Shown here piece after piece: positions 23,209 through 32,509 of a stretch of DNA of 64,000 nt. Location of the stretch: contig JAKALS010000003.1 in assembly GCA_021813145.1 (NCBI GenBank), positions 6,114 to 70,113 of the forward strand, in the 5' to 3' direction. The position numbers and the translations under genes are program-made. Within the stretch, counting starts at the first letter, position 1; each line of letters begins with the position of its first letter. The notes beneath the pieces are model-generated. The model saw only the letters and a list, made by a program, of their open reading frames with translations. It did no database searches and was not told the DNA's origin. The stretch comes from a bacterium (lineage in GTDB: Bacteria > Patescibacteriota > Microgenomatia > Levybacterales > UBA12049).

Positions 23209-23528
23209 TCAAGTAAATTTTGTTTTTTTAATAAACCGTAAACTTCTTCGCAAATCCTCGACGTTTCTTTTCGAATCGCTTCTTTTTTTATTATAAAAAG
23301 AAAATCGGTTCCCGTTTTTATTTCCCCTATTTGTTTTTCTATGCAGCTTCTTATTTGCCTTTTGATCCTGTTCCTTAAAACTGCGTTTTTTTCCGTTTTT
23401 TTAGAAACCTGAAAAGCAAACCTTGAGACCCCCGTTCTGTTTTTTGCCGTTTTTAATACAAAAAATGGAGTTGACCAGTTTTTCTCAAATCTTGTCTTCT
23501 CCAAAAGGCGGTTTTCTTTTTTAAGCAT
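23205..23528 (-). CDS. rnpA: Ribonuclease P protein component
   Basis: MLKKENRL, RFAFQVSKK and AVLRNRIKR (RNR motif); synteny with rpmH and yidD. Confidence 0.92.
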   Translation of the reverse strand: MLKKENRLLEKTRFEKNWSTPFFVLKTAKNRTGVSRFAFQVSKKTEKNAVLRNRIKRQIRSCIEKQIGEIKTGTDFLFIIKKEAIRKETSRICEEVYGLLKKQNLLE

Positions 23529-23531
23529 TAA

Positions 23532-23666
23532 CTAAATAGTTATTCTTTTTCTGTTTTTGGCGATTCTCCTTTTAAGAACCTTTTTCCCGCCGTTTGTTTT
23601 TACCCTGGACAAAAATCCGTGCTTTCTTTTTCTTTTTAGCTTTTTAAGCTTTCTGAATTTTTCCAT
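23532..23666 (-). CDS. rpmH: 50S ribosomal protein L34
   Basis: Manual translation MEKFRKLKKLKRKRKHGFLSRVKTNGGKKVLKRRIAKNRKRITI; below the ORF-track size cutoff; divergent from dnaA. Confidence 0.93.
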   Translation of the reverse strand: MEKFRKLKKLKRKRKHGFLSRVKTNGGKKVLKRRIAKNRKRITI

Positions 23667-23752
23667 TGCCATAAGTATAGCAAAATCGGCATGCTTTTAA
23701 AAGACTTTGCTTTGGGCAAAAAAAGAGATCTAGTTGTATATACTTTCTCATC

Positions 23753-23782
23753 TTGACAAAAAGTTATCCACATTATTAAACT
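23753..23782 (+). promoter_or_regulatory. dnaA sigma70 promoter with a perfect DnaA box in the spacer
   Basis: TTGACA(23753)-18 nt-TAAACT(23777); TTATCCACA at 23764-23772. Confidence 0.8.
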
Positions 23783-23795
23783 GCACTTTACCAAT

Positions 23796-25139
23796 ATGGA
23801 CAAAAACAAAGAGGTTTGGGATGAAATATTGGGCGAAATAGAACTCGAAGTCTCTAGGGCAAACTTTCTGACCTTATTTAAAAGAACAGCGCTTTTATCT
23901 TCCCAAGACGGAGTTTTAACGATCGCCGCTCCTTCGATTATGATAATTGACCTTCTGCAGCGAAGGTTTTTCGACATAATTAAAAAGTCCGTCGATAAAC
24001 ACGTGGGGGAGGGGACCGAAATAATTTTTGTTCCAAAAACTTCTCCCGCGGAAGAACTAAGGGCCTCGGGTCCTCTTTTTGAAACAAGCGAAAAAACAGA
24101 AGCAATCGTCGGACACCTTCCGAGGGTGAGGCCGGATTTTACCTTTGCCAATCTTGCTGTTTCTTCCACAAACCAACTGGCATATGTAAGCGCAACAACC
24201 GTCGCAAAAAAACCCGGCGTTACCTATAACCCGTTGTTTATTTACGGACCCACGGGTGTTGGAAAAACGCATTTAATGCAGGCGATAGCGAACGAGGTTT
24301 ATCAGAAAAATGCAGACAGAAAAATCATCTATATTACAAGCGAGGAGTTCACAAACGAAGTCGTTGACGCAATAAGAACAAATAGCACCGCGCAGATGAA
24401 AAGAAGATTCAGAAACACAGACCTTCTCATAATCGACGACATACAGTTCGTAGCGGGGAAAGAAAAAGTTCAAGAAGAGCTTTTCCACACATTTAACATT
24501 CTCGTAGACAACGGGTCCCAAATCGTACTCTCGTCCGACAGGCCTCCTGCAGAAATAAAAAAAGTCGAAAAGAGGCTTATGTCCAGGTTCTCGGGCGGTC
24601 TTACCGTAGACATTGAGGCGCCCGATTTTGAACTAAGAACAGCAATCCTTCTTATAAAAGCGAAAAAATATGGGTTCAATCTTTCAATGGAAGTAGCAAA
24701 AACAATTGCGGAAAAAGAGCAGGACGCAAGAAGCCTTGAGGGGGCGCTTTTGAGAATAATGACGGAGGCCGAAGCGAAGGGGGTTCTTATAGACAGCTCT
24801 CTTGCTCAAACCGTTTTGGAGGGGAAAAGCGCCAAAAAAACCTATCACCCCGACGACATAATAAACAACGTCTGCGCTTACTATAAAATAAAACCGACTC
24901 AAATTAAAAGCCAAAAAAGAGACGCTTCTTTGGTAAGGGCCAGGCAAATAGCGATGTATGTCCTTAAAAAAGACCTGGACTTAACTTATGTTGAAATAGG
25001 AAACATGCTTGGAGGCAGGGACCACACAACGGTTATGCATGGTGTGGAAAAAGTGGAAAAAATGATAGAAACAAACGGTCTGGGACAGGAAATTTTGGGG
25101 ATAAAAAATTATGACAGTGGAAAACTTGCGGACTATTAA
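23796..25139 (+). CDS. dnaA: Chromosomal replication initiator DnaA
   Basis: YNPLFIYGPTGVGKTHL, IDDIQF, QEELFHTFN and GGRDHTTVMH. Confidence 0.98.
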   Translation: MDKNKEVWDEILGEIELEVSRANFLTLFKRTALLSSQDGVLTIAAPSIMIIDLLQRRFFDIIKKSVDKHVGEGTEIIFVPKTSPAEELRASGPLFETSEKTEAIVGHLPRVRPDFTFANLAVSSTNQLAYVSATTVAKKPGVTYNPLFIYGPTGVGKTHLMQAIANEVYQKNADRKIIYITSEEFTNEVVDAIRTNSTAQMKRRFRNTDLLIIDDIQFVAGKEKVQEELFHTFNILVDNGSQIVLSSDRPPAEIKKVEKRLMSRFSGGLTVDIEAPDFELRTAILLIKAKKYGFNLSMEVAKTIAEKEQDARSLEGALLRIMTEAEAKGVLIDSSLAQTVLEGKSAKKTYHPDDIINNVCAYYKIKPTQIKSQKRDASLVRARQIAMYVLKKDLDLTYVEIGNMLGGRDHTTVMHGVEKVEKMIETNGLGQEILGIKNYDSGKLADY

Positions 25140-25264
25140 ACCGTTTTGTTTTTACACTTATTTTCAACAAAGTTATCCCCCCGTTATCAGCATTTTTTTA
25201 GGCTGTCTCCCTTGCTTTTTTCCACTTTTCAAGATAAACTACAACAACAACAAAAGAAATACTT
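25140..25264. other. Probable oriC (dnaA-dnaN intergenic region)
   Basis: Degenerate DnaA boxes TTTTCAACA (25161), TTATCCCCC (25173), TTATCAGCA (25184) and TTTTCCACT (about 25218); more in the dnaA 3' end (TGTGGAAAA, 25043); CTACAACAACAACAA triplet run near 25239. Confidence 0.7.
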
Positions 25265-26374
25265 ATGATAGTTACTCTTTTAACGGATAATTTAAGGGCA
25301 AAGCTTTCATTCTTAAACCACGCTGTTTCTCCAAACAGCCAACTGGAAATTCTTTCAAACTTCTTCCTAAAAGCGTCAAAAGGAAAACTAACCGTTAGCG
25401 CAACGGATCTTGAAATAGGCCTTTCGTCTTCCGTTCCGGCAAACGTGGAGGAGGAAGGGGAGACAACGGTTCCCGCAAAGACATTTTTTGATTTGATAAA
25501 CAACATAACGGAGGAAAAAATAACCCTAAAAACAAAGGGGACAAACCTGGAGTTGACGGGCAAAAAAATAAAGATGCTTTTTCAGACAATGCCCCCGGAG
25601 GAGTTCCCAAAGCTTTACGAAGAAAAAGGCGAAGAGGCGGCGGTTTTAAAAAAGGAACTGCTTTTAAAGGACTTTAACAAGGTTGTTTTTTCTGCAAGCG
25701 CGGATAGCTCAAGGCCTGCGCTGTCGGGGGTTTTGGTAAGAAAAGAAAAAGAAGGGTTTTTGATAGTTGCAACAGACGGGTACAGGCTATCTCTAAAAAA
25801 GAACGTCGCCTTCGAAACAAAAAAAGAAACAGGCATAGAAAGCCTTCTGTTGCCGGCAAGGGTAATTAGAGAACTGTTGTCTATAAAACAGGACGAAGAT
25901 ATACGTCTTAATGTTTCAGAAAAAAGCAACCAGGCGGTTTTTACACAGGGGGAAACGGTTTTGGTCGGAAGATTAATAGAAGCGGAATATCCTAACTACG
26001 AAAAAATAATCCCCACGGGTTTTGATACGAAAACGGGCTTTGATAGGGAAGAGATGCATAAAGCAGTGAAAATATGCTCTGTTTTTGCAAGAGAAACCGC
26101 AAATATAGTAAAACTCTCTTTAAAAAAAGACAAAATTGTTGTTTCGGCAAACACCCCAAGCGTAGGCGAGGACACGGTAGAGGTTGAAGCAAAAACAACG
26201 GGGGAGGAAAACGAAATAGCCTTTAACGGCAAGTATCTCCTAGACTTCCTCTCGAACACGGAAGAAGAGGAGGTTGTTTTTGAAATGTCTGGACCCCTTA
26301 ACGCCGGAGTTTTTAAACTCTCGGGCGACGACTCCTTTTTACATCTCATAATGCCCATCAGGGTGCAGGGTTAG
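25265..26374 (+). CDS. dnaN: DNA polymerase III beta clamp
   Basis: ATDLEIG, SRPALSGV, VATDGYRL, YPNYEKIIP, AFNGKYLLD and LIMPIR. Confidence 0.97.
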   Translation: MIVTLLTDNLRAKLSFLNHAVSPNSQLEILSNFFLKASKGKLTVSATDLEIGLSSSVPANVEEEGETTVPAKTFFDLINNITEEKITLKTKGTNLELTGKKIKMLFQTMPPEEFPKLYEEKGEEAAVLKKELLLKDFNKVVFSASADSSRPALSGVLVRKEKEGFLIVATDGYRLSLKKNVAFETKKETGIESLLLPARVIRELLSIKQDEDIRLNVSEKSNQAVFTQGETVLVGRLIEAEYPNYEKIIPTGFDTKTGFDREEMHKAVKICSVFARETANIVKLSLKKDKIVVSANTPSVGEDTVEVEAKTTGEENEIAFNGKYLLDFLSNTEEEEVVFEMSGPLNAGVFKLSGDDSFLHLIMPIRVQG

Positions 26375-27364
26375 TTACTGTGCGGGTTGGGGGAAAGAAA
26401 CATTCCCGAAAATATTGTTTTCCATCCAGTTATAGGTGTTGGGGCATTGGGTTGGGAAGTTTGTTAGGGGAGTTGCTCCAAAAGGAAAATCTCTCCCCGG
26501 AGTGTTATAAAAAACAGTATCGGCTACGGCTTCGGCAAAGGACTCGGCTTGTCCTGTCCCGGCAATTCCACTTAAGTACGGATAGCTTTTTAAAAATCCG
26601 TCCACATAGCAACCCGCATCCTTGGACAGATAAGAGTTATAGGGAAAAGAACTCCAAAGAGCGCCATTTGCTATTCCTATAACGTGTCCCGTTTCGTGAA
26701 CCAGGGAAAATTTTTGCTCTTGAACAGAGCAGGACTCAAAACCCGTAAGACTTATATACATAACCCCATTTGTTTCATATGTCGAACCCCTGGCGTTTTG
26801 GCAACTGCTAAATGTTAGTAAAAGATGTATGGTTCCGGCTTTCTGCATAAGGCTTTTGTATTTGGCAGACCTAAAAGGAACAGCCAGGCCATTATACAGG
26901 TTAACAAGATAATTTAGATTAGAAGTATCGGATACGGCAACATTAAAGTCGCTTTTAAGCCTAGAGACCACGTTGGAGGCGGTAACAGCACCCCCCGGGG
27001 GAGTTGAAGACGTGGGTCCCGGGCTGTTGTTGGGGGAACCGCTGGTAGAGGGAGAGGCGCTGGTTAAATCCCCTCCGTTAACGGCGCTGGGGCTAACCAT
27101 GGAAACAATCATTACAACAAAAACTAAAACTCCTACTGAGATTAATAATAAAACAATCGCCGGGAGCCCTAGGGATCCGCATGCTGCGACAGCGCCTTCT
27201 TCGATGCCTTTTTTTGCAGCCTGTTTACCGAGTTGCTTCAAAACCTGCTTTCCAAGATATTTTCCTGCTTTTACCGAGTTTTTGGCATTGTTTAGTTTGT
27301 TGTACCCGGAGTTTATGTAGTCAACGGCTCCTTGGTTTTGCTGTTTTCCGTTGTTTTCGTCCAT
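26375..27364 (-). CDS. Membrane-anchored putative zinc metallopeptidase
   Basis: N-terminal amphipathic plus TM segment, Ser/Pro/Thr linker, HETGH (HExxH) and downstream ESFAE. Confidence 0.65.
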   Translation of the reverse strand: MDENNGKQQNQGAVDYINSGYNKLNNAKNSVKAGKYLGKQVLKQLGKQAAKKGIEEGAVAACGSLGLPAIVLLLISVGVLVFVVMIVSMVSPSAVNGGDLTSASPSTSGSPNNSPGPTSSTPPGGAVTASNVVSRLKSDFNVAVSDTSNLNYLVNLYNGLAVPFRSAKYKSLMQKAGTIHLLLTFSSCQNARGSTYETNGVMYISLTGFESCSVQEQKFSLVHETGHVIGIANGALWSSFPYNSYLSKDAGCYVDGFLKSYPYLSGIAGTGQAESFAEAVADTVFYNTPGRDFPFGATPLTNFPTQCPNTYNWMENNIFGNVSFPQPAQ

Positions 27365-27381
27365 ATTTTAATAATAGCAAA

Positions 27382-29331
27382 TTAGGATAAACCGGGTTGA
27401 TTTTGCCCATTGCCCTGTCCGGGCAGCGGAGAAGTAGTAGTCGGATTCTCGGTGCCTACCGTCTCTTGTGTCATCGTAGGGCTTTGTGGGGGTACGCTTG
27501 ATGCGGTCCTCAAAGAAGAATTTTGTTCCTGCATTTTTAACAACTCCTGGGGATTCGATGTAATAAGGGTGTGTTCAAACGGAGCCGCAATAACCTTCAT
27601 CGCCACATGGCTTTGCCCCGCGAAAAACAGCCCTTCTCCGATGTCGGCCGAAAGCAAAAGTTCTTTTTCTCCCTCCGACAGATAGAATATCTGGGAAACC
27701 AAATCAACCTCGGACGGGCTTTGTTTTAAAAGCATCTGTATGGAGGAGTTGGAAAGAATTGCCTTCCCGTAATCGGTTGAAAGAAAATCCTGAACATCCT
27801 GGGTTGCGGTCGTTAGGGCAAGATAATATTTTCTCGATCTTTTTGCAACGCTATAAACAAAAGAGGCGGAATCGGGATACTTCATTACATACCAGGCCTC
27901 GTCCAGAATCAACAGTCTTTTTTTAAGGGTTTTTCTTACCCTTGTCCATACAAAATCCAATATTATGTGCATTGCGACAGGCCTTAATTCCTCTTCAAGC
28001 GCTTTTATGTTAAAAACCGTTAAGGGATTTTTAATGTCAAAATTAGACTGTTGGTTAAATATTCCGCTTAAGCTTCCTTTAATAAACTTCTCAAGTCTTA
28101 GCGCAAGCTCTCTTGCGGACGGGTCTTCCATTCCAAGAAGCACCTTGTATAAATCCTCCATTAAAGGGGGTTGATTTTTTTGTGTTTGGGGGTCAGCGGT
28201 AATCCCTTTTTGCCTATACGTCTCAACAAGCGCCCTGTCTAAAATTGCATCATGGGCGGCGTCCAAATCTCCCATTATTATTCTTAAAAGTCCGTGCAGG
28301 GACAAAATTTTAAGCCCTAACTCGTTTTCCCCTTCTTCGTAAAGCCCCGACATATCAAAGGGATTAATTCTCACGGGATCGGAAGGGGTAAAGGATACGT
28401 GCTCTCCCCCTAATGTTTTTGAAAGATTTTCATATTCCCCTTCGGGATCTATTATTATTACCTCGGTCCCGAACATAAACTGTCTCATCGCCTCAAGTTT
28501 TATAAGGTATGATTTTCCCGCTCCGGATTTTCCTAAGACCACTTCGTTTGCGTTTTCCAGGGAATAACGGTCAAAAATTATAAGAGAACCGTTTTGTTCG
28601 TTTACCCCGTACATGACGCCCTTGTCCTGGGCAAGAGTGGCCGAAGTAAACGGAAAAGTTGAGGCAAGAGAAGTTGTGTCCATGTTCCTCGTTATAAAGA
28701 GCCTATCCTGTGCAATCGGAACGGTTGATTTAAACCCGTCTTCCATTTGAAGGGTTGCGGTTTTTGAAAGCATCAGAATGGACCCAAGTGTGGTGCTAAG
28801 TCTTTTTGAAGCTTCGTCAAGATCTTTTACGCTTTCCGCGGAAAGCGTAATGTAAAGACTGAATTGAAAGAACCTCTCTACGCCTTTTGCCAGTTCTTCT
28901 TGTACTGCAAGCGCGTCGTCCAAAGAAGCTTTTACTTTAGGGTCTACGAGCTGGCCTTCTTCTATCTGCGATGAAATGGTGGCCTCCATTTCCGCTATTT
29001 TTCTTCTTAAATCCGATAAGACATCGGGGGAGGAAGTAGGATAAATAAACATAGAAATATTCATGGAATGGTCAAAATCAATAAGAGGCTGTAGCCAATT
29101 TGGCGAAACAAACCTCGGATACCCAACAACAAAAGAAGTTTTATAAAAATCTTCGCCTACTCTTATAAAATGGAAATCTACCTCTATTGAGGAAGGGGCT
29201 ATTACGTCGGTTAAAGAGACCATTCCTTTTTCGAGTTTTCCCATTGACGTTTTTTGCACCGGTCGGGGCGCTGTTTTTTGCTCTTGCGGTGCTGCCGTTT
29301 GCTGTTTTTGTTTTTTTCCGAATAAGCTCAT
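27382..29331 (-). CDS. VirB4/TraC-like type IV secretion ATPase
   Basis: Walker A GKSGAGKS, IIDPEGEY, INPFD, Walker B ILDEAW, RKY...ATQ and GEGL. Confidence 0.92.
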   Translation of the reverse strand: MSLFGKKQKQQTAAPQEQKTAPRPVQKTSMGKLEKGMVSLTDVIAPSSIEVDFHFIRVGEDFYKTSFVVGYPRFVSPNWLQPLIDFDHSMNISMFIYPTSSPDVLSDLRRKIAEMEATISSQIEEGQLVDPKVKASLDDALAVQEELAKGVERFFQFSLYITLSAESVKDLDEASKRLSTTLGSILMLSKTATLQMEDGFKSTVPIAQDRLFITRNMDTTSLASTFPFTSATLAQDKGVMYGVNEQNGSLIIFDRYSLENANEVVLGKSGAGKSYLIKLEAMRQFMFGTEVIIIDPEGEYENLSKTLGGEHVSFTPSDPVRINPFDMSGLYEEGENELGLKILSLHGLLRIIMGDLDAAHDAILDRALVETYRQKGITADPQTQKNQPPLMEDLYKVLLGMEDPSARELALRLEKFIKGSLSGIFNQQSNFDIKNPLTVFNIKALEEELRPVAMHIILDFVWTRVRKTLKKRLLILDEAWYVMKYPDSASFVYSVAKRSRKYYLALTTATQDVQDFLSTDYGKAILSNSSIQMLLKQSPSEVDLVSQIFYLSEGEKELLLSADIGEGLFFAGQSHVAMKVIAAPFEHTLITSNPQELLKMQEQNSSLRTASSVPPQSPTMTQETVGTENPTTTSPLPGQGNGQNQPGLS

Positions 29332-29996
29332 TGGCTTTCCCTCCCTTTAACAACAGGAGTATTGATGTTGTCCTCGGCTTGCCCTGTTTCTATAGAGCTT
29401 TCGTTGTATATTTCGTAAAAAAGCTTTACCAGTTCTTCTTTTCCTAGGGTTTTTGCTTTAAGGTTTAGTCTTGAAAGTTGTGAGTGAAGAGACTCCGCTT
29501 TTGAATGGAGCGCTGTTTTTGCCGACTGGGCGAAGGAAGCCGCGTCAAAAGACTTTTTGTTTACGCTTGCAGCGGCAGCGCCCGCTCCCTTTTCAAGATA
29601 AGAAAAAGGTAAAACAATATAGAATTTTTTGTCCAAAACGGTATTCACCTTCACGAGCTCCTGAACAAAATCCCTGTAGAGTCTTATTTGCTCGGCAAGC
29701 ATCTGGTTCTGCGTTTTTTTTGCTTCATTTTCTAATAACTTTAAATAAGAGGAAATATCAAGTTTTTTGCTTCTAATGAGGATTTGTATAGGGAAAGACA
29801 GCGAATTCAGAAGCGCAGCGTAGGAGTAAATTTTAGAATCCTGTTCTTCTGCCGATAAAAGGGCAAAATTTGTTGCCGTGACTTCTATTACAAGACAAGC
29901 GTTTCCTCCTGTTAAAATTACTACATCATCAACGATATCCTGTATTTCGGTAAACTTTTGCGTTGTCGCGTTGATTTTTCGGGCAGTTTTGGCCAT
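29328..29996 (-). CDS. TraC/VirB4 N-terminal-like accessory protein
   Basis: NFALLSAEEQD...LNSLSFPIQILIRS pattern; coupled between the PrgI and VirB4 genes. Confidence 0.7.
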   Translation of the reverse strand: MAKTARKINATTQKFTEIQDIVDDVVILTGGNACLVIEVTATNFALLSAEEQDSKIYSYAALLNSLSFPIQILIRSKKLDISSYLKLLENEAKKTQNQMLAEQIRLYRDFVQELVKVNTVLDKKFYIVLPFSYLEKGAGAAAASVNKKSFDAASFAQSAKTALHSKAESLHSQLSRLNLKAKTLGKEELVKLFYEIYNESSIETGQAEDNINTPVVKGRESQ

Positions 29997-31258
29997 TAGT
30001 TAAAAAGAGACCTCCTTAACTCTTCTCTTGTGTCTACGGAAATAACTTCTATGGGAAGAATAATCTGGCCTGTTGCGCTAAACTCTATTACATCAAACTT
30101 GTTCTCTCCCTTGGAGTCCTCAAATTCAATGGTATATGTGCCGTTCGTTATGGGGGTGGCAGAGGCAAATTGCCCAAGCGGATTAGTTTTAAATGCTCTT
30201 ACGGGATTCCCTTCGGCATCTTTTACCTCAACCAGAATATTTTGCAAGGGGTTCCCTCTCGGGTCCTTTACTATTCCCGTTACGATATTGGGAAACTCCG
30301 GCGCCAAGGGAAGGCCGACGCTTTTTCCCAGGTTTTGGGGGATACTTCTTACGTTCCTCGTTTCCTTTACCGGTTCCTGCGCAACTGAAGGCGTGTAAAC
30401 AGTCTCCCTGTTTGCGGTTAATTGTTTTTGTAAAAGTTCTATCTGTTTTTCAAGTTCCTGTTTTTGTTTTGCGGTTTCGGAAAGCATCGTTTCAAGCTCC
30501 ATTACTTTTTTGTGTGCTTCCGTATACTCTGTGGAGTTTATCTTTGACGTCTCGGCGGCTTTTGCTTCTGCAAGCTCCTGCTGAAGAATGAGAGTCTCTC
30601 TTTTTAGGGTTTCTTCTTCGTCCGAAGGTTTTTCTTCTTCTTGTTGCTGCCCTTGCTCCACCGGTATTTGTACTTGCGACGCGGCCGGAAGTTGTGTTGG
30701 TGGCTGCTGTTGTCCGGGAACGGGTACGTTTGCAAAAGCATGGGCGGGAGGAGCCTGTGGAATGGGATTTGTCTGCGTCTGTCCAGAATACATATTGCTT
30801 AAGGATTCAAAAAAAACCATTTCTTTTTGGTCTAACTGATTTTTTGGCCTCTTTGGAAGAGAATTTAGGTATGATTTTAATTCTTCACCCGAGAGAGAAG
30901 TAGTTTCTTTTTGGGGAACAAGCTTGGCGGAGCTTTTTTTAACCGGTTTTATATCTTCCCATAACTGGCCGCCGGTTTTTTGGTAAACAAATTGGGTCGG
31001 AGAAAAAATTGCTTTAATAAAATTTTCAAACATTAAATCCATGGGCCTTCCCTCTATCGGTAAAAAAGCCATTCCTACGCCTAAAAATATGGAAGTGACG
31101 GCAAGGGGAAGTTTTATAAGCATAAAAAAGGGGCTTGCGAACAAAAGCCAACCAAGTACAATTCCGCCTGCCAGATAGGCAAATTGTTTTATGGTCATAT
31201 CGCCGATCAGTTTAAACTGAAAGCCCGTTATGTCCTGTGGTATCGGATGATTTTCCAT
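29996..31258 (-). CDS. PrgI (VirB3-like) family protein with coiled coil and C-terminal carboxypeptidase-regulatory-like beta domain
   Basis: HPIPQDI...KLIGDMTIKQF, two TM helices and EGRP; C-terminal GIVKD..GNPL....VEV...KTN..GQF. Confidence 0.82.
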   Translation of the reverse strand: MENHPIPQDITGFQFKLIGDMTIKQFAYLAGGIVLGWLLFASPFFMLIKLPLAVTSIFLGVGMAFLPIEGRPMDLMFENFIKAIFSPTQFVYQKTGGQLWEDIKPVKKSSAKLVPQKETTSLSGEELKSYLNSLPKRPKNQLDQKEMVFFESLSNMYSGQTQTNPIPQAPPAHAFANVPVPGQQQPPTQLPAASQVQIPVEQGQQQEEEKPSDEEETLKRETLILQQELAEAKAAETSKINSTEYTEAHKKVMELETMLSETAKQKQELEKQIELLQKQLTANRETVYTPSVAQEPVKETRNVRSIPQNLGKSVGLPLAPEFPNIVTGIVKDPRGNPLQNILVEVKDAEGNPVRAFKTNPLGQFASATPITNGTYTIEFEDSKGENKFDVIEFSATGQIILPIEVISVDTREELRRSLFN

Positions 31259-31286
31259 CTCTTAATTGTTATTTAATTGTATTTTC

Positions 31287-31315
31287 AGCATATAACGTGA
31301 AAAATTGCGTTTCAA
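31287..31315 (-). promoter_or_regulatory. sigma70-type promoter for the prgI-virB4 operon
   Basis: TTGAAA-17-TATGCT on the minus strand. Confidence 0.55.
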
Positions 31316-31365
31316 GATTATCAAACTGGGTCAAAAAATATTGGAAATGAGGCTATCCGTGAAAA

Positions 31366-31680
31366 TTATGAACAATTTCCAAAACCGAAAGGTTTAGTAA
31401 TACAAGATGTTCCCGTAATTTGAGCTATTATAGCTATAATAGCGCCTGCAAGAAGTATTAGAATAAGCCCCAAAATGGCATAGGTAAGCGTTTTTCTTGC
31501 TCCCTCTACTTGTTTCGGGTCGCCGCCTGACGTTAAAAATTTTATTCCTGCGAAGATTATAAAAAAAACGGCGGTAACTCCGGCTAATCCTATAAGCCAA
31601 AAAACAAGATTATTGAAAACAACAGGAATACAATTTAGTGTTGCAACGCCGTTTTGAACGCAGTCTCCCCAAGGTTGCAT
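31366..31680 (-). CDS. TrbC/VirB2-like T4SS pilin
   Basis: IIFAGIKFLTSGGDPKQVEGARKTLTYAILGL hairpin motif. Confidence 0.85.
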   Translation of the reverse strand: MQPWGDCVQNGVATLNCIPVVFNNLVFWLIGLAGVTAVFFIIFAGIKFLTSGGDPKQVEGARKTLTYAILGLILILLAGAIIAIIAQITGTSCITKPFGFGNCS

Positions 31681-31686
31681 GAAATA

Positions 31687-31715
31687 AGCGTAGCAAAAGG
31701 AAAACTAAAAGACAA
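31687..31715 (-). promoter_or_regulatory. sigma70-type promoter (leaderless pilin gene)
   Basis: TTGTCT-17-TACGCT-6 nt-ATG. Confidence 0.55.
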
Positions 31716-31720
31716 GTGGG

Positions 31721-32128
31721 TTAACTGCAGGTTGGATTTGTAAGGCTTGGTATGCAGAATTTGCCCGTTAGCGGGTTTGAAATCCCTATAAGCTGGAAAA
31801 CTATATTTATGATGACAAATGCTGTTACGACTATTACTAACCCGATTATAGCTGCAACAATGTGTTTTCTTGCTGCGTCAACTGCCGCCTTATCCCCGCC
31901 CGAAAGAATCCATTTTATTCCTCCATAGATCAAAAAAGCTACCGCTACCAGTACCCCGACGATCAAAAGTAAGGATAAGATAAAAGATGGTATATTCCCA
32001 AGATTAACAGAAGTTGTAGGAGCGTAACCCGTCCCGGGGGCAATTGTAACCGTAATTTGCGCGAACGCATTTGAGGCTGCCAATAAATAGAACGATGCGG
32101 CAGAGATAAAACCCAGTGCTTTTTTCAT
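31721..32128 (-). CDS. TrbC/VirB2-like T4SS pilin with signal peptide
   Basis: AFA|Q cleavage site; LIYGGIKWILSGGDKAAVDAARKHIVAAIIGL. Confidence 0.87.
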   Translation of the reverse strand: MKKALGFISAASFYLLAASNAFAQITVTIAPGTGYAPTTSVNLGNIPSFILSLLLIVGVLVAVAFLIYGGIKWILSGGDKAAVDAARKHIVAAIIGLVIVVTAFVIINIVFQLIGISNPLTGKFCIPSLTNPTCS

Positions 32129-32140
32129 TACTCTTTCTTG

Positions 32141-32169
32141 AGAATATAGTGTTTTTGCTGATTTGTCAA
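32141..32169 (-). promoter_or_regulatory. sigma70-type promoter
   Basis: TTGACA-17-TATTCT on the minus strand. Confidence 0.65.
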
Positions 32170-32173
32170 GAGC

Positions 32174-32509
32174 TTAGAACAATTTTCCTACTCCCAATAG
32201 TTGATAGACAAAATTGACAATGGTGCCCGCAAGAACAACGACTATAAGTCCGATTATCGAGAAAATAAGCCTTTGTCTTGCAGCCTGAATTTTTTGTTTG
32301 TCGCCGCCGGACATGGTCCACTGTATTCCGGCATAAATAATAAAAGCCATTGCTAAGACTACTGCGAGTAAAATTAAAATACTGCTCGCAATGGAAATAA
32401 GGGTAGTGCCGGTACTTATTCCGGCATCCGGTACGCCATTGGGCGGGGTGATGGTCACGTTTCCGTTGTTTCCCGGAACAGTTAACGCTAAAAGTTTCAT
32501 ATTATCCAA
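32174..32509 (-). CDS. TrbC/VirB2-like T4SS pilin
   Basis: IIYAGIQWTMSGGDKQKIQAARQRLIFSIIGL. Confidence 0.85.
   Translation of the reverse strand: MDNMKLLALTVPGNNGNVTITPPNGVPDAGISTGTTLISIASSILILLAVVLAMAFIIYAGIQWTMSGGDKQKIQAARQRLIFSIIGLIVVVLAGTIVNFVYQLLGVGKLF

Noticed and set aside
23636-24169. 177-aa ORF antisense to dnaA, and other long antisense ORFs (e.g. 12460-13146, 42827-43498, 62552-63070)
   Set aside because: Antisense shadows of better-supported genes, with no recognisable motifs.
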